Of a stretch of DNA of 64,000 bases, positions 1 to 7,803 are shown piece by piece. This DNA is from Candidatus Eiseniibacteriota bacterium. Its GTDB lineage: Bacteria > Eisenbacteria > RBG-16-71-46. The stretch lies in the NCBI GenBank assembly GCA_963717505.1, contig OY970342.1, forward strand, positions 2,592,001 through 2,656,000, given 5' to 3'. Made by a program: the position numbers and the translations under genes. Under the pieces are notes generated by a model. It worked only from the letters and a program-made list of their open reading frames with translations, ran no database searches and was not told the origin of the DNA. The number at the start of each line of letters is the position of its first letter. Positions within the stretch are counted from its first letter, which is position 1.

Positions 1-494
1 ACACGACGGATTCGCTCGTAGGGACCATAGGGACCTCCCGCCTGCGGATTGCGCAGCAGGGCGATCGCGGTCGTCAGGTCTCGTCGATCGTAGGCCTCGA
101 GCCCGGAGATCAGGTTCGAATCCGCGACGCCTCCGCGCAGGACCGTGAGGTCGTTCGCCGCGGGGAGCCAGCCGATTTCGGGTGTCGGCTGAGGTTTCCG
201 AGCGAACGGCAGCAGGGCCGCGAAGGCCACCAGAGCGACCGCCGCGGCGGCGGCGATCGGGATCCACCTCGTGGCCCGGGGTTTCGCGGGACGCTCCAGC
301 GCATAGGTTGCTGCACGCAGGCGCTCGAGCTCCGCCGCCCGCTGGCGCACCGCCTCCTCGCACGCGTGGCAACGCCGCAGATGATCGAATGCAGCGTCTT
401 GCGCGGCAAAGGTCAGATACCCCTGCACCAGGTCGGTGCAGGCGTCGTCGTCGAGGTGTGGGCCAAGTCCGCGAACGCCCATGCCCGGCTTCAT
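1..494 (-). CDS. Anti-sigma factor with zf-HC2 zinc finger and TM helix (partial, runs off window start)
   Basis: My translation from ATG 494: MKPGMGVRGLGPHLDDDACTDLVQG...FDHLRRCHACEEAV (HxxxCxxC), then hydrophobic WIPIAAAAVALVAFAALLPF. ATGA overlap with the sigma factor stop at 491-493. Not in the ORF track because it is open at the edge. Confidence 0.8.
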   Translation of the reverse strand, partial: MKPGMGVRGLGPHLDDDACTDLVQGYLTFAAQDAAFDHLRRCHACEEAVRQRAAELERLRAATYALERPAKPRATRWIPIAAAAAVALVAFAALLPFARKPQPTPEIGWLPAANDLTVLRGGVADSNLISGLEAYDRRDLTTAIALLRNPQAGGPYGPYERIRR

Positions 495-1231
495 GAAGTC
501 CCTCGCTCGCTCGGCTCGATTCGAAATACGCGGAGCAGCTCGGCGAACGTTCCCGCGGGCATGTCTTTCGCGAAATGACCCTTGTCCGCCATGCAGCGCG
601 TGATGTGCTCGCGCGCGCGTTGCAGGACCACATCGACGTGACCGGGGTTCAATCCGACCTCCGGATGGTTCGCGATTTCCTTGGTCGACATCTCGTAGAA
701 CACGCGAAAGAACCAGATGCGCCGGGTGCGCGGTTTGAGACCTTCCGCGCACGCGCAGAGCGCCGCGGCGAACTCGTTGCACTCGACCGCCCGGTTCGGA
801 TCCCCGTCCGGGCCCGAGATCAGGTCGAGATGGACCGAATGGCCGTTCCTCGGCTCGTAGGCATCGAGCGGCACCAGCCGACCGGTGCGCCGCAGGTGGT
901 CGACCAGTCCGTTACGGGCGATGGTCGACAGGAATCCCGGAATTTCATCGCAGCGTCGCGCCAGCGCCCCGGATGCACCGGACTCGGCCTTGCGGATCAG
1001 ATCCAACGCCTTGGCGGCCGCGATGTCCTCGACGTCGGAGGCGGGGACGCAACCGAGCCGCGAGGCATGGAGCCGCAAGTAGCGCCTGAGATTGATGTTG
1101 AGCAGTACCCAGGCTTCGCCGCAGGCCCGATCCCGTGCCGCCGGCGTCGGGGCTCGCCCGAGGAGCGCGCACAGCTCGCTCAGGCGGGCGGGCCATTGGG
1201 GATCGGATACGGCCGTGTCGAGCTGAATCAT
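491..1231 (-). CDS. ECF-type RNA polymerase sigma factor
   Basis: Region 2 (DVEDIAA...FLSTIARNGLVDHLRR) and region 4 (LKPRTRRIWFFRVFYEMSTKEIA...VDVVLQRAREHI). Start placed at ATG 1231; the ORF track extends to 1543. Confidence 0.85.
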   Translation of the reverse strand: MIQLDTAVSDPQWPARLSELCALLGRAPTPAARDRACGEAWVLLNINLRRYLRLHASRLGCVPASDVEDIAAAKALDLIRKAESGASGALARRCDEIPGFLSTIARNGLVDHLRRTGRLVPLDAYEPRNGHSVHLDLISGPDGDPNRAVECNEFAAALCACAEGLKPRTRRIWFFRVFYEMSTKEIANHPEVGLNPGHVDVVLQRAREHITRCMADKGHFAKDMPAGTFAELLRVFRIEPSERGTS

Positions 1232-1453
1232 CGAGGGCACCTGTCCCGGAACCACAGAGGTGGCCCTCCCGTGGTGCGGGAGGCAGGCGCCCCTGCGGCA
1301 TGGTCGCAAAAGGATAGAACAGGCCGGGGTGCAGTCCAATGGACTTCCCGGCGCCGCCCCGGTCATAGTCGGCAGGCCTTTGAAGTCGAATCCTGCCGTC
1401 GAGGACCCCGGTTCCCCAGCCCGGGTCCAACCGGCGGCCCCGAGGTAACGCCC

Positions 1454-2458
1454 GTGCCGACACGCATACTTTCGCGGACTGACGTCGAGCGCCTGCTGCC
1501 GATGTCCGAGTGCATCGAGGTCATGGCGGCAGCCCTGAAGCATCTGGCGCAGGGTGATGCGGTGCTGCCATTGCGCAGCATGGTCTGGCTGCCCGACCGC
1601 TCGGGGCTACTCGGCTTGATGCCTGGCTATCTCGGCTCTCCACGCAGTTTCGGGCTCAAAGTGGTGAGTGTGATGCCCGGTAACCACGGCACCGAGTTCG
1701 ATTCGCATCAGGGGGTCGTCCTGTTGTTCAGCGTCGAGCACGGGGAGCCGATTGCCGTTCTCGACGCGAGCAGCATCACCGCGATTCGCACCGCCGCGGT
1801 GAGCGGGGTCGCGACCCGGGCGCTGGCCCTGAAGGACGCCGGTGATCTGGCGATCCTCGGTTCGGGCGTCCAGGCTGCGAGCCACCTCGCGGCCATGGCC
1901 GCGGTACGTCGTCTGCGACGGGTCCGGGTCTGGAGCCGCAACCCGTCGCATGCCGAGCGCTTCGCCGTGCGCGAGGGAGCGAGACACGCAGTCCCGATCG
2001 AGGTTTCGGCTACGGCGCGCGAGGCGGTGGCGGGCGCCGATCTCGTGTGCACGACGACCGCGGCCCGCGAGCCGGTATTGCACGGCGACTGGCTGTCGCC
2101 CGGGGTCCACGTCAACGCTGTTGGCGCCTGTTTCGCCTCGGCGCGCGAGCTCGATGCCGAGGCGGTGCGTCGCAGTCGTCTTTACGTGGACCGCCGCGAA
2201 TCGGCCCTCGCGGAAGCCGGCGACTTCCTGATCGCCAAGGCCGAGGGCGCGGTCGGGGACGGCCACATCGTGGCCGAGTTGGGGGATCTCTTGCTGGATC
2301 GAGCCCCCGGCCGGGAGGACTCGGGCCAGGTCACCTTGTTCGAGTCCCTGGGAATCGCGATCGAGGACCTGGCGGCAGCCCACCACGTTCTGGTTTCGGC
2401 TCAGCGGTCCGGCGCCGGGGTCGAGGTCGAACTCGGCGGGAGGCACGTACACGTCTGA
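1454..2458 (+). CDS. Ornithine cyclodeaminase / mu-crystallin family protein
   Basis: GLKVVSVMPGN, ITAIRTAAVSGVAT, ILGSGVQA Rossmann motif, FESLGIAIEDLAAA. GTG start at 1454 after GAGGT RBS. Confidence 0.92.
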   Translation: MPTRILSRTDVERLLPMSECIEVMAAALKHLAQGDAVLPLRSMVWLPDRSGLLGLMPGYLGSPRSFGLKVVSVMPGNHGTEFDSHQGVVLLFSVEHGEPIAVLDASSITAIRTAAVSGVATRALALKDAGDLAILGSGVQAASHLAAMAAVRRLRRVRVWSRNPSHAERFAVREGARHAVPIEVSATAREAVAGADLVCTTTAAREPVLHGDWLSPGVHVNAVGACFASARELDAEAVRRSRLYVDRRESALAEAGDFLIAKAEGAVGDGHIVAELGDLLLDRAPGREDSGQVTLFESLGIAIEDLAAAHHVLVSAQRSGAGVEVELGGRHVHV

Positions 2459-2677
2459 AATCCCCCCTTCAAGGGGAACGTCGAGCCGTGGTAAACTCCT
2501 GCCACGCATGAGGCGCCCCCCTTCGCGCCGGCTGCCGCAACCGGCTGCGTCTCCTGCCCTCTGGGAACGGAACCGGATCGACCCACAACATCAGGTCCGC
2601 GTCGCGTCCATCCTCGTGCTTGGGACTCATCGCCCCAGCGTGCGCAGGCGGGGCCCGCCGTGAGACAGGAGACATCC

Positions 2678-4402
2678 ATGCGGAGTATCCCCCGTCCCAT
2701 GGCGCCGGTGTCCGTCGCCCTCCCTCTGCTCCTGATCGGCTGTCTCGCGGTCGCTCCAGCCCTGGCCGGCCCGAACCGGGGCAGTCTCGAGCCCAAGGCC
2801 AAGCCCAAGTCGGAGGACACTTCACCGGCCGCGGCGACCCCCTGGGAGACCCAGGCGCCGCCGGCCAACGACACCTGCGCTGGGGCGACCCTGATCGCCT
2901 GTGGCACGTTCGACATCAGCGGTACGACCGCCGAAGCCCTCGACCACTACACCTTCTCGCACGACACGCTGTCCTGTACGGGATTCGTGACCCCGGGACG
3001 CGACGTGGTCTACAAGTTCAACGCCGTCCCCGGCGACAGTATCTGGGTCGATCTCACGACCCCGGGTTGGGATGGCGCGCTCTACTTGATCACCGATTGC
3101 GCGCATGAGGACACCACCTGCTACAACGGCGAGGACGACGCGGGTGTCGGTGGCACCGAGTTCCTGCGCGAAGGAATCGTCGAGGCCGGGACCTACTACC
3201 TGGTCGTCGACACCTTCGAGCCCAATGGGGGCGGACCTTTCACGCTCCAGGGTCAGTTCCGTTGCGCCGGAACGCCGCCGCCGCCGTCCAACGACCGTTG
3301 CGACTTCCCGGCGCTCATCGCCTGCGGGCCGGTTTCGTTCAGCGGAACCACGCAGTACGCGAACAACAACTATCAGTTCCCGTCGACTGCGAACTGCACC
3401 GGCGTGATCTCGGCCGGGAGGGACATCGTCTACGTCATGAACGTGGTGGCCGGCGACAGCCTGTCGGCGAACTATCAGTCGACCGCGAACGGTGTCGCCT
3501 ACATCGTCCACGACTGCACCAATCTGGTGGGCACCTGCATCCGCGGCGTGAACGCGGTCGGCGCCGGCGGAACCGAGCTGATTCGCCACCAGTTCCTGTT
3601 CAGCGGCACGTACTACCTGATCCTCGATTCGGAGGGGTCGAATTCGTTCGGGACCTGGTCCTTGACCGGCGAATACCATTGTCCGAAGCCGCCGTCCAAC
3701 GACATCTGCGAAGGCGCCATCCCACTGCCTTGCGGCCCGTTCGAGCGCAGCGGCAGCACAGTCGCCGCGGTCAACAACTACAATCTGGTGGATTCGCTCT
3801 CGTGCACCGGCTATCGCGCCAGCGGGCGCGACGTCGTTTACAAGGTCTACGCGACCGCCGGGGACAGCCTGTGGCTGGACTACGCGATGCTCGGCGCCGA
3901 TGGCTCGGTCTACGTCGCCACCAACTGCAATGACGTCACCTATTCGTGTGTCGCGGGCGCCGACAACGTCGGTTTCAACGAAACCGAAATGCTCCGCTAC
4001 CGCTTCCTCAGCACCGGGGTCTATTACATCTTCATCGACAACTTCGGCACGGACGCCGGCAGCCACTACACGATCTCAGGCTGGATGGACTGCGCGAACA
4101 CCGCCGTCGGCTCGAACCCCGCGCGGGGTCTCTCGCTCGGCGCGCTCCATCCGAATCCGTTCCGCAATCAGACGACGATCCCGTTCGCGCTACCGGCCGC
4201 GGCCCACGTGAAGCTGGTCCTGGTCGATTTGCAGGGCCGGGTGGTCCGCACCCTCTACGACCGCACCCTGGCGGCGGGCTCGCACCAGACCACCTGGGAC
4301 GCCCGCGACGACGATGGCCATCCGGTCCATGCCGGGGTGTATTTCCTCAAGCTCTCCGGCCTCGACGGTGAGTCGGTTCGCCGCGCCATCGTCGTGAGGT
4401 GA
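2678..4402 (+). CDS. Secreted protein with three Cys-rich tandem repeats and C-terminal FlgD-Ig/T9SS-like domain
   Basis: Signal peptide, 3x PP(A/S)NDxC..A..(I/L)xCG...GRD(V/I)VY...G(T/V)YY repeats, C-terminal HPNPFRN...DLQGRVVRTL...WDARDDDG...AGVYFLKL. RBS CAGGAG before ATG 2678. Confidence 0.8.
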   Translation: MRSIPRPMAPVSVALPLLLIGCLAVAPALAGPNRGSLEPKAKPKSEDTSPAAATPWETQAPPANDTCAGATLIACGTFDISGTTAEALDHYTFSHDTLSCTGFVTPGRDVVYKFNAVPGDSIWVDLTTPGWDGALYLITDCAHEDTTCYNGEDDAGVGGTEFLREGIVEAGTYYLVVDTFEPNGGGPFTLQGQFRCAGTPPPPSNDRCDFPALIACGPVSFSGTTQYANNNYQFPSTANCTGVISAGRDIVYVMNVVAGDSLSANYQSTANGVAYIVHDCTNLVGTCIRGVNAVGAGGTELIRHQFLFSGTYYLILDSEGSNSFGTWSLTGEYHCPKPPSNDICEGAIPLPCGPFERSGSTVAAVNNYNLVDSLSCTGYRASGRDVVYKVYATAGDSLWLDYAMLGADGSVYVATNCNDVTYSCVAGADNVGFNETEMLRYRFLSTGVYYIFIDNFGTDAGSHYTISGWMDCANTAVGSNPARGLSLGALHPNPFRNQTTIPFALPAAAHVKLVLVDLQGRVVRTLYDRTLAAGSHQTTWDARDDDGHPVHAGVYFLKLSGLDGESVRRAIVVR

Positions 4403-4463
4403 TCGCGGGCTTCCGCGCCCCGTCGGCGAACCTGGGAGCGAGGTCGCGGATCGAGAGGATCCT

Positions 4464-5711
4464 GTGACTCGGATCGTCCTGTTGGCCGCGACGAAGACCT
4501 ACCGGGCCGGTGCGTTCCTGGAAGCCGCCCAGGGCCTCGGAGTCGACGTGACCGTGGGCTCGGACCGCCCGCAAGCCCTCGAAGCGCTGAATCCGGCCGG
4601 GCATCTGCTGCTGAATCCGGGGGACGCTGCGGCTTCCGGCCGAAGCGTGGCCGCATGGGGTCGCACGCATCGGGTGGCGGCCGTGCTCGCTGCCGATGAC
4701 GACCTGGCGCTGGTGGCGGCCCATGCGGCCGCCGAATTGGGATTGCCCCACCATTCGGTCCGCGCGGTGAGCACGGCAAGAGACAAACGGCTGATGCGCG
4801 GGGTGCTCGCGCGCGCCGGCCGGCCGGGTCCCTGGTATCGCGGCTTCGAGCTCGATCACGATCCGGCCGACGCGGCGCGCCGCGTCGACTACCCATGCGT
4901 GATCAAGCCCGTGGATCTGGGGGCCAGTCGAGGCGTGATTCGCGCGAATCATCCGGGGGAGTTTGAGGCCGCCTTCACGCGATGCGTGCGGATTGCCGCC
5001 GATTCGGGTTCCCTCGGCCTGCTCGCCGAACAGTACCTGCCCGGCGACGAGGTGGCGCTCGAGGGGTTCGTTCACCACGGACGGCTCGAGGTCCTCGCGC
5101 TCTTCGACAAGCCCGATCCGCTGGCGGGCCCGTTCTTCGAAGAGTCGATCTACGTGACGCCCTCGCGGCATCCGGATCGGATCGTGAGCGAGGTGGTGGC
5201 AGAGGCGACAGCGTGTGTGACCGCACTCGGTCTCGATCACGGGCCGGTGCACGCCGAACTGCGGATCGACCAGGGGGTCGCCACGCTGGTGGAGATTGCT
5301 CCGCGTTCGATCGGGGGGTTATGCTCGCGAGCGCTGCGGTTCGCGGGTGGTCTTTCACTGGAGTCGGCCCTGCTGCGTTACCTGCTGGGGGCGGCCCCCG
5401 GTTCGCTGTCCCGCGAGGCGCTGGCGGCGGGCGTGATGATGATCCCGGTGCCGGCCTCAGGAACCCTGAAGACCGTGCGCGGCGTCGAGCAGGCGCGGCG
5501 GGTCGATGGGATCGAGGACATTCGGATCACGATTCCGGTCGGCGACGAGGTCGTGGCGCTGCCCGAAGGCTCCCGCTATCTCGGGTTCGTCTTCGCGCGC
5601 GGCGACCACCCGGATCTGGTGGAAGCGGCCTTGCGGGCGGCGCACGCACGGCTCGAGTTCGACATACGGCCGATCGATGCGTCACCTGCGGTCGCCATGA
5701 GGACCAAATGA
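4464..5711 (+). CDS. ATP-grasp domain protein (L-amino-acid ligase-like)
   Basis: RDKRLMR, YPCVIKPVDLGASRGVIRA, EQYLPGDEVALEG, HAELRI...EIAPRSIGG and a C-terminal LAL-type domain (RYLGFVFARG). Confidence 0.9.
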   Translation: MTRIVLLAATKTYRAGAFLEAAQGLGVDVTVGSDRPQALEALNPAGHLLLNPGDAAASGRSVAAWGRTHRVAAVLAADDDLALVAAHAAAELGLPHHSVRAVSTARDKRLMRGVLARAGRPGPWYRGFELDHDPADAARRVDYPCVIKPVDLGASRGVIRANHPGEFEAAFTRCVRIAADSGSLGLLAEQYLPGDEVALEGFVHHGRLEVLALFDKPDPLAGPFFEESIYVTPSRHPDRIVSEVVAEATACVTALGLDHGPVHAELRIDQGVATLVEIAPRSIGGLCSRALRFAGGLSLESALLRYLLGAAPGSLSREALAAGVMMIPVPASGTLKTVRGVEQARRVDGIEDIRITIPVGDEVVALPEGSRYLGFVFARGDHPDLVEAALRAAHARLEFDIRPIDASPAVAMRTK

Positions 5712-6304
5712 TCACGATCACCGAGTTGGCTCAGGAGAGAATCGCCGCGTTCATGAAGGCCGAGAACCGCCCCAATCTCGCGCTGCGCTTCGCGGTCGAG
5801 GGACGAGGTCCGGGCGGATTCATGTATCGGCTCGCCTTCGTCGATGCCGCCGAACAGGCCGCCGACGATCGGGTGGTCGACGTCGGTCCGTTCCAGGTCC
5901 TGGTCGATGCGCGGAGCGTCGAGAGCCTCACGGGAGTGACGCTCGATTTCGTCGAGGGTCCGAACCAGAGCGGTTTCCGCATCGACAACCCGAACCCGCT
6001 GTGGACCGACTCGGTGGCGCTCGCGGTTCAGAAGGTGTTGGACGAGGAGATCAACCCGGCCGTGGCCACGCACGGGGGCTGGGTGGCGCTGCTCGAGGTC
6101 CGCGACGGAGTCGCCTACGTCCAGCTCGGCGGCGGCTGCCAGGGCTGCGGCATGGTCGACGTGACCCTGCGCCAGGGCATCGAGGTTCGGTTGCGCGAAG
6201 TGGTTCCCCAGGTGCGCGAGGTGGTGGACACCACCGATCATGCGGGGGGCGCCAACCCCTACTATCGACCGTCCAAGGGCGGCGGCGCGTCGCCGTACTC
6301 ATGA
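5708..6304 (+). CDS. nfuA: Fe-S cluster carrier NfuA (degenerate IscA-like domain + NifU C-terminal domain)
   Basis: MITITELAQERI...GFRIDNPN, then INPAVATHGGWVALL...LGGGCQGCGMVDVTLRQGIE...DTTDHAGGANPYY. ATGA overlaps at both ends. Confidence 0.92.
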   Translation: MITITELAQERIAAFMKAENRPNLALRFAVEGRGPGGFMYRLAFVDAAEQAADDRVVDVGPFQVLVDARSVESLTGVTLDFVEGPNQSGFRIDNPNPLWTDSVALAVQKVLDEEINPAVATHGGWVALLEVRDGVAYVQLGGGCQGCGMVDVTLRQGIEVRLREVVPQVREVVDTTDHAGGANPYYRPSKGGGASPYS

Positions 6305-7803
6305 ACGTCGAAGCGCCGGCCGCGGTTGCCGGCGCGACACGCCGGGTCCGGGTCGTTCTGCTCTCGACCTACGACCTGGGCCGCGCCCCGTTCGGCCTGG
6401 CATCACCTGCGGCCTGGCTGACCGACGCCGATTGCGATGTGCGAGTGAACGATCTCGCGGTCGAAGCCCTCGACGAAGAGGCGGTGCGATCGGCCGACCT
6501 GATCGCGTTCCATCTGCCGATGCACACGGCGACCCGTCTGGCGGTCGCGCGGCTGCCGCACCTCAAGGAGTTGAATCCACGGGCGCGTCTGTGTGCCTAT
6601 GGACTGTACGCGGCACTCAACGAAGAGCACCTTCGCTCGCTCGGCGTGGCGGACGTGCTGGGCGGCGAATTCGAAGCCAGCCTGGTCGAAGTGGCGCGCC
6701 AGCTCGGTGCGCCGGGCCTCGAGGACTCCGTCGCCGAGGGGGCGAGGGACCTGCCATCCGCTCCTCCGAGCCCCGGCGCGGACTCCGCCGCGCCGGCCAT
6801 GCCTCGCCTCCGTTTTCGGGCGCCCGCCCGCCACCTGCTGCCTTCGCCCGAAGCCTACGCACATCTGCATCTGCCGGATGGTACGCAACGTGTGGTGGGC
6901 TACACCGAGTCGACTCGTGGATGTCGCCATCGTTGCCGCCACTGCCCGGTGGTTCCGGTCTACCAGGGGCGAGTGCGCGTGGTTCAGCGGGAGGTGGTGC
7001 TCGAAGATGTGCGCCGCCAGGTCGCACGCGGGGCCCGCCATGTGACGTTTGGCGATCCCGATTTCCTGAACGGTCCGGGACATACGCTGCCTCTGGTCCG
7101 CGCGCTGCACGCCGAGCATCCGGACGTGAGCTGGGACGCGACGATCAAGATCGAACACCTGGTGCGACACGCCGCACTCCTGCCGGAGCTGGCGGCTCTC
7201 GGCTGCATCCTGATCACCAGTGCCGCGGAGTCCGTGGACGATCGGATCCTCGCGCGTCTCGAAAAGGGCCACACGCGTGCTGACTTCGAAAACGCCGCGC
7301 GACAGGTGCGGAACGCCGGGATCACGCTCCAGCCGACCTTCGTCGCCTTTACGCCGTGGACCACTCCCGAAGGGTGGTCGTCGCTGCTTGCCGCGATCGC
7401 CGATATGGATCTGGTCGAGCACGTCGCGCCGATCCAGCTTGCGATCCGTCTGCTGATTCCCGCGCGGTCACGACTGCTCGAGCTGGATGAGGTTCGCCGG
7501 CTGGCGGGGGCCTTCGACGGCGAGGCGCTGGTGTACCGGTGGCAGCATCCCGACCCGCGGGTGGACGCTCTGCAGCGGGACGCCGAGTCTCTGGCGGGTG
7601 AGCTGGCGCGGGAGCGCGCCCCTCGAACCGAGTCGTACGCTCGGTTGTGGGCGCTGGCCGAGCGCTTCGCGACGGCCGAGGATCGCGACCGCGTGGCGCG
7701 CGCGGCGTCGTATCGGCGGCCGCCGGTGCCCCACCTGACCGAGCCCTGGTACTGCTGAGCGGAGCCTCTCGTGGAGCCGGCGGCTCCGCTCGGGTCGATC
7801 TAG
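6301..7803 (+). CDS. CUAEP-tail radical SAM protein with B12-binding-like N-terminal domain; probable selenoprotein (UGA 7756-7758 = Sec)
   Basis: TRGCRHRCRHCP (CxxxCxxC). C-terminus PHLTEPWYC-TGA-AEPLVEPAAPLGSI-TAG(7801-7803) matches the known CUAEP/CCAEP-tail family motif. Without readthrough the CDS ends at 7758. Confidence 0.88.
7757..7791 (+). promoter_or_regulatory. Candidate bacterial SECIS hairpin immediately 3' of the in-frame UGA
   Basis: GAGCGGAGCC (7757-7766) is the reverse complement of GGCTCCGCTC (7782-7791). The inner CTC-GTG-GAG mini-stem places GU in the apical loop. Confidence 0.65.

Noticed and set aside
575-1453. N-terminal 293 aa of the 627-aa ORF, and similar long extensions on ORFs 4982, 6001, 55441-57297 and 58514-60919
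   Set aside because: These are high-GC open-frame run-ons overlapping real genes; RBS positions and homology place the starts downstream.
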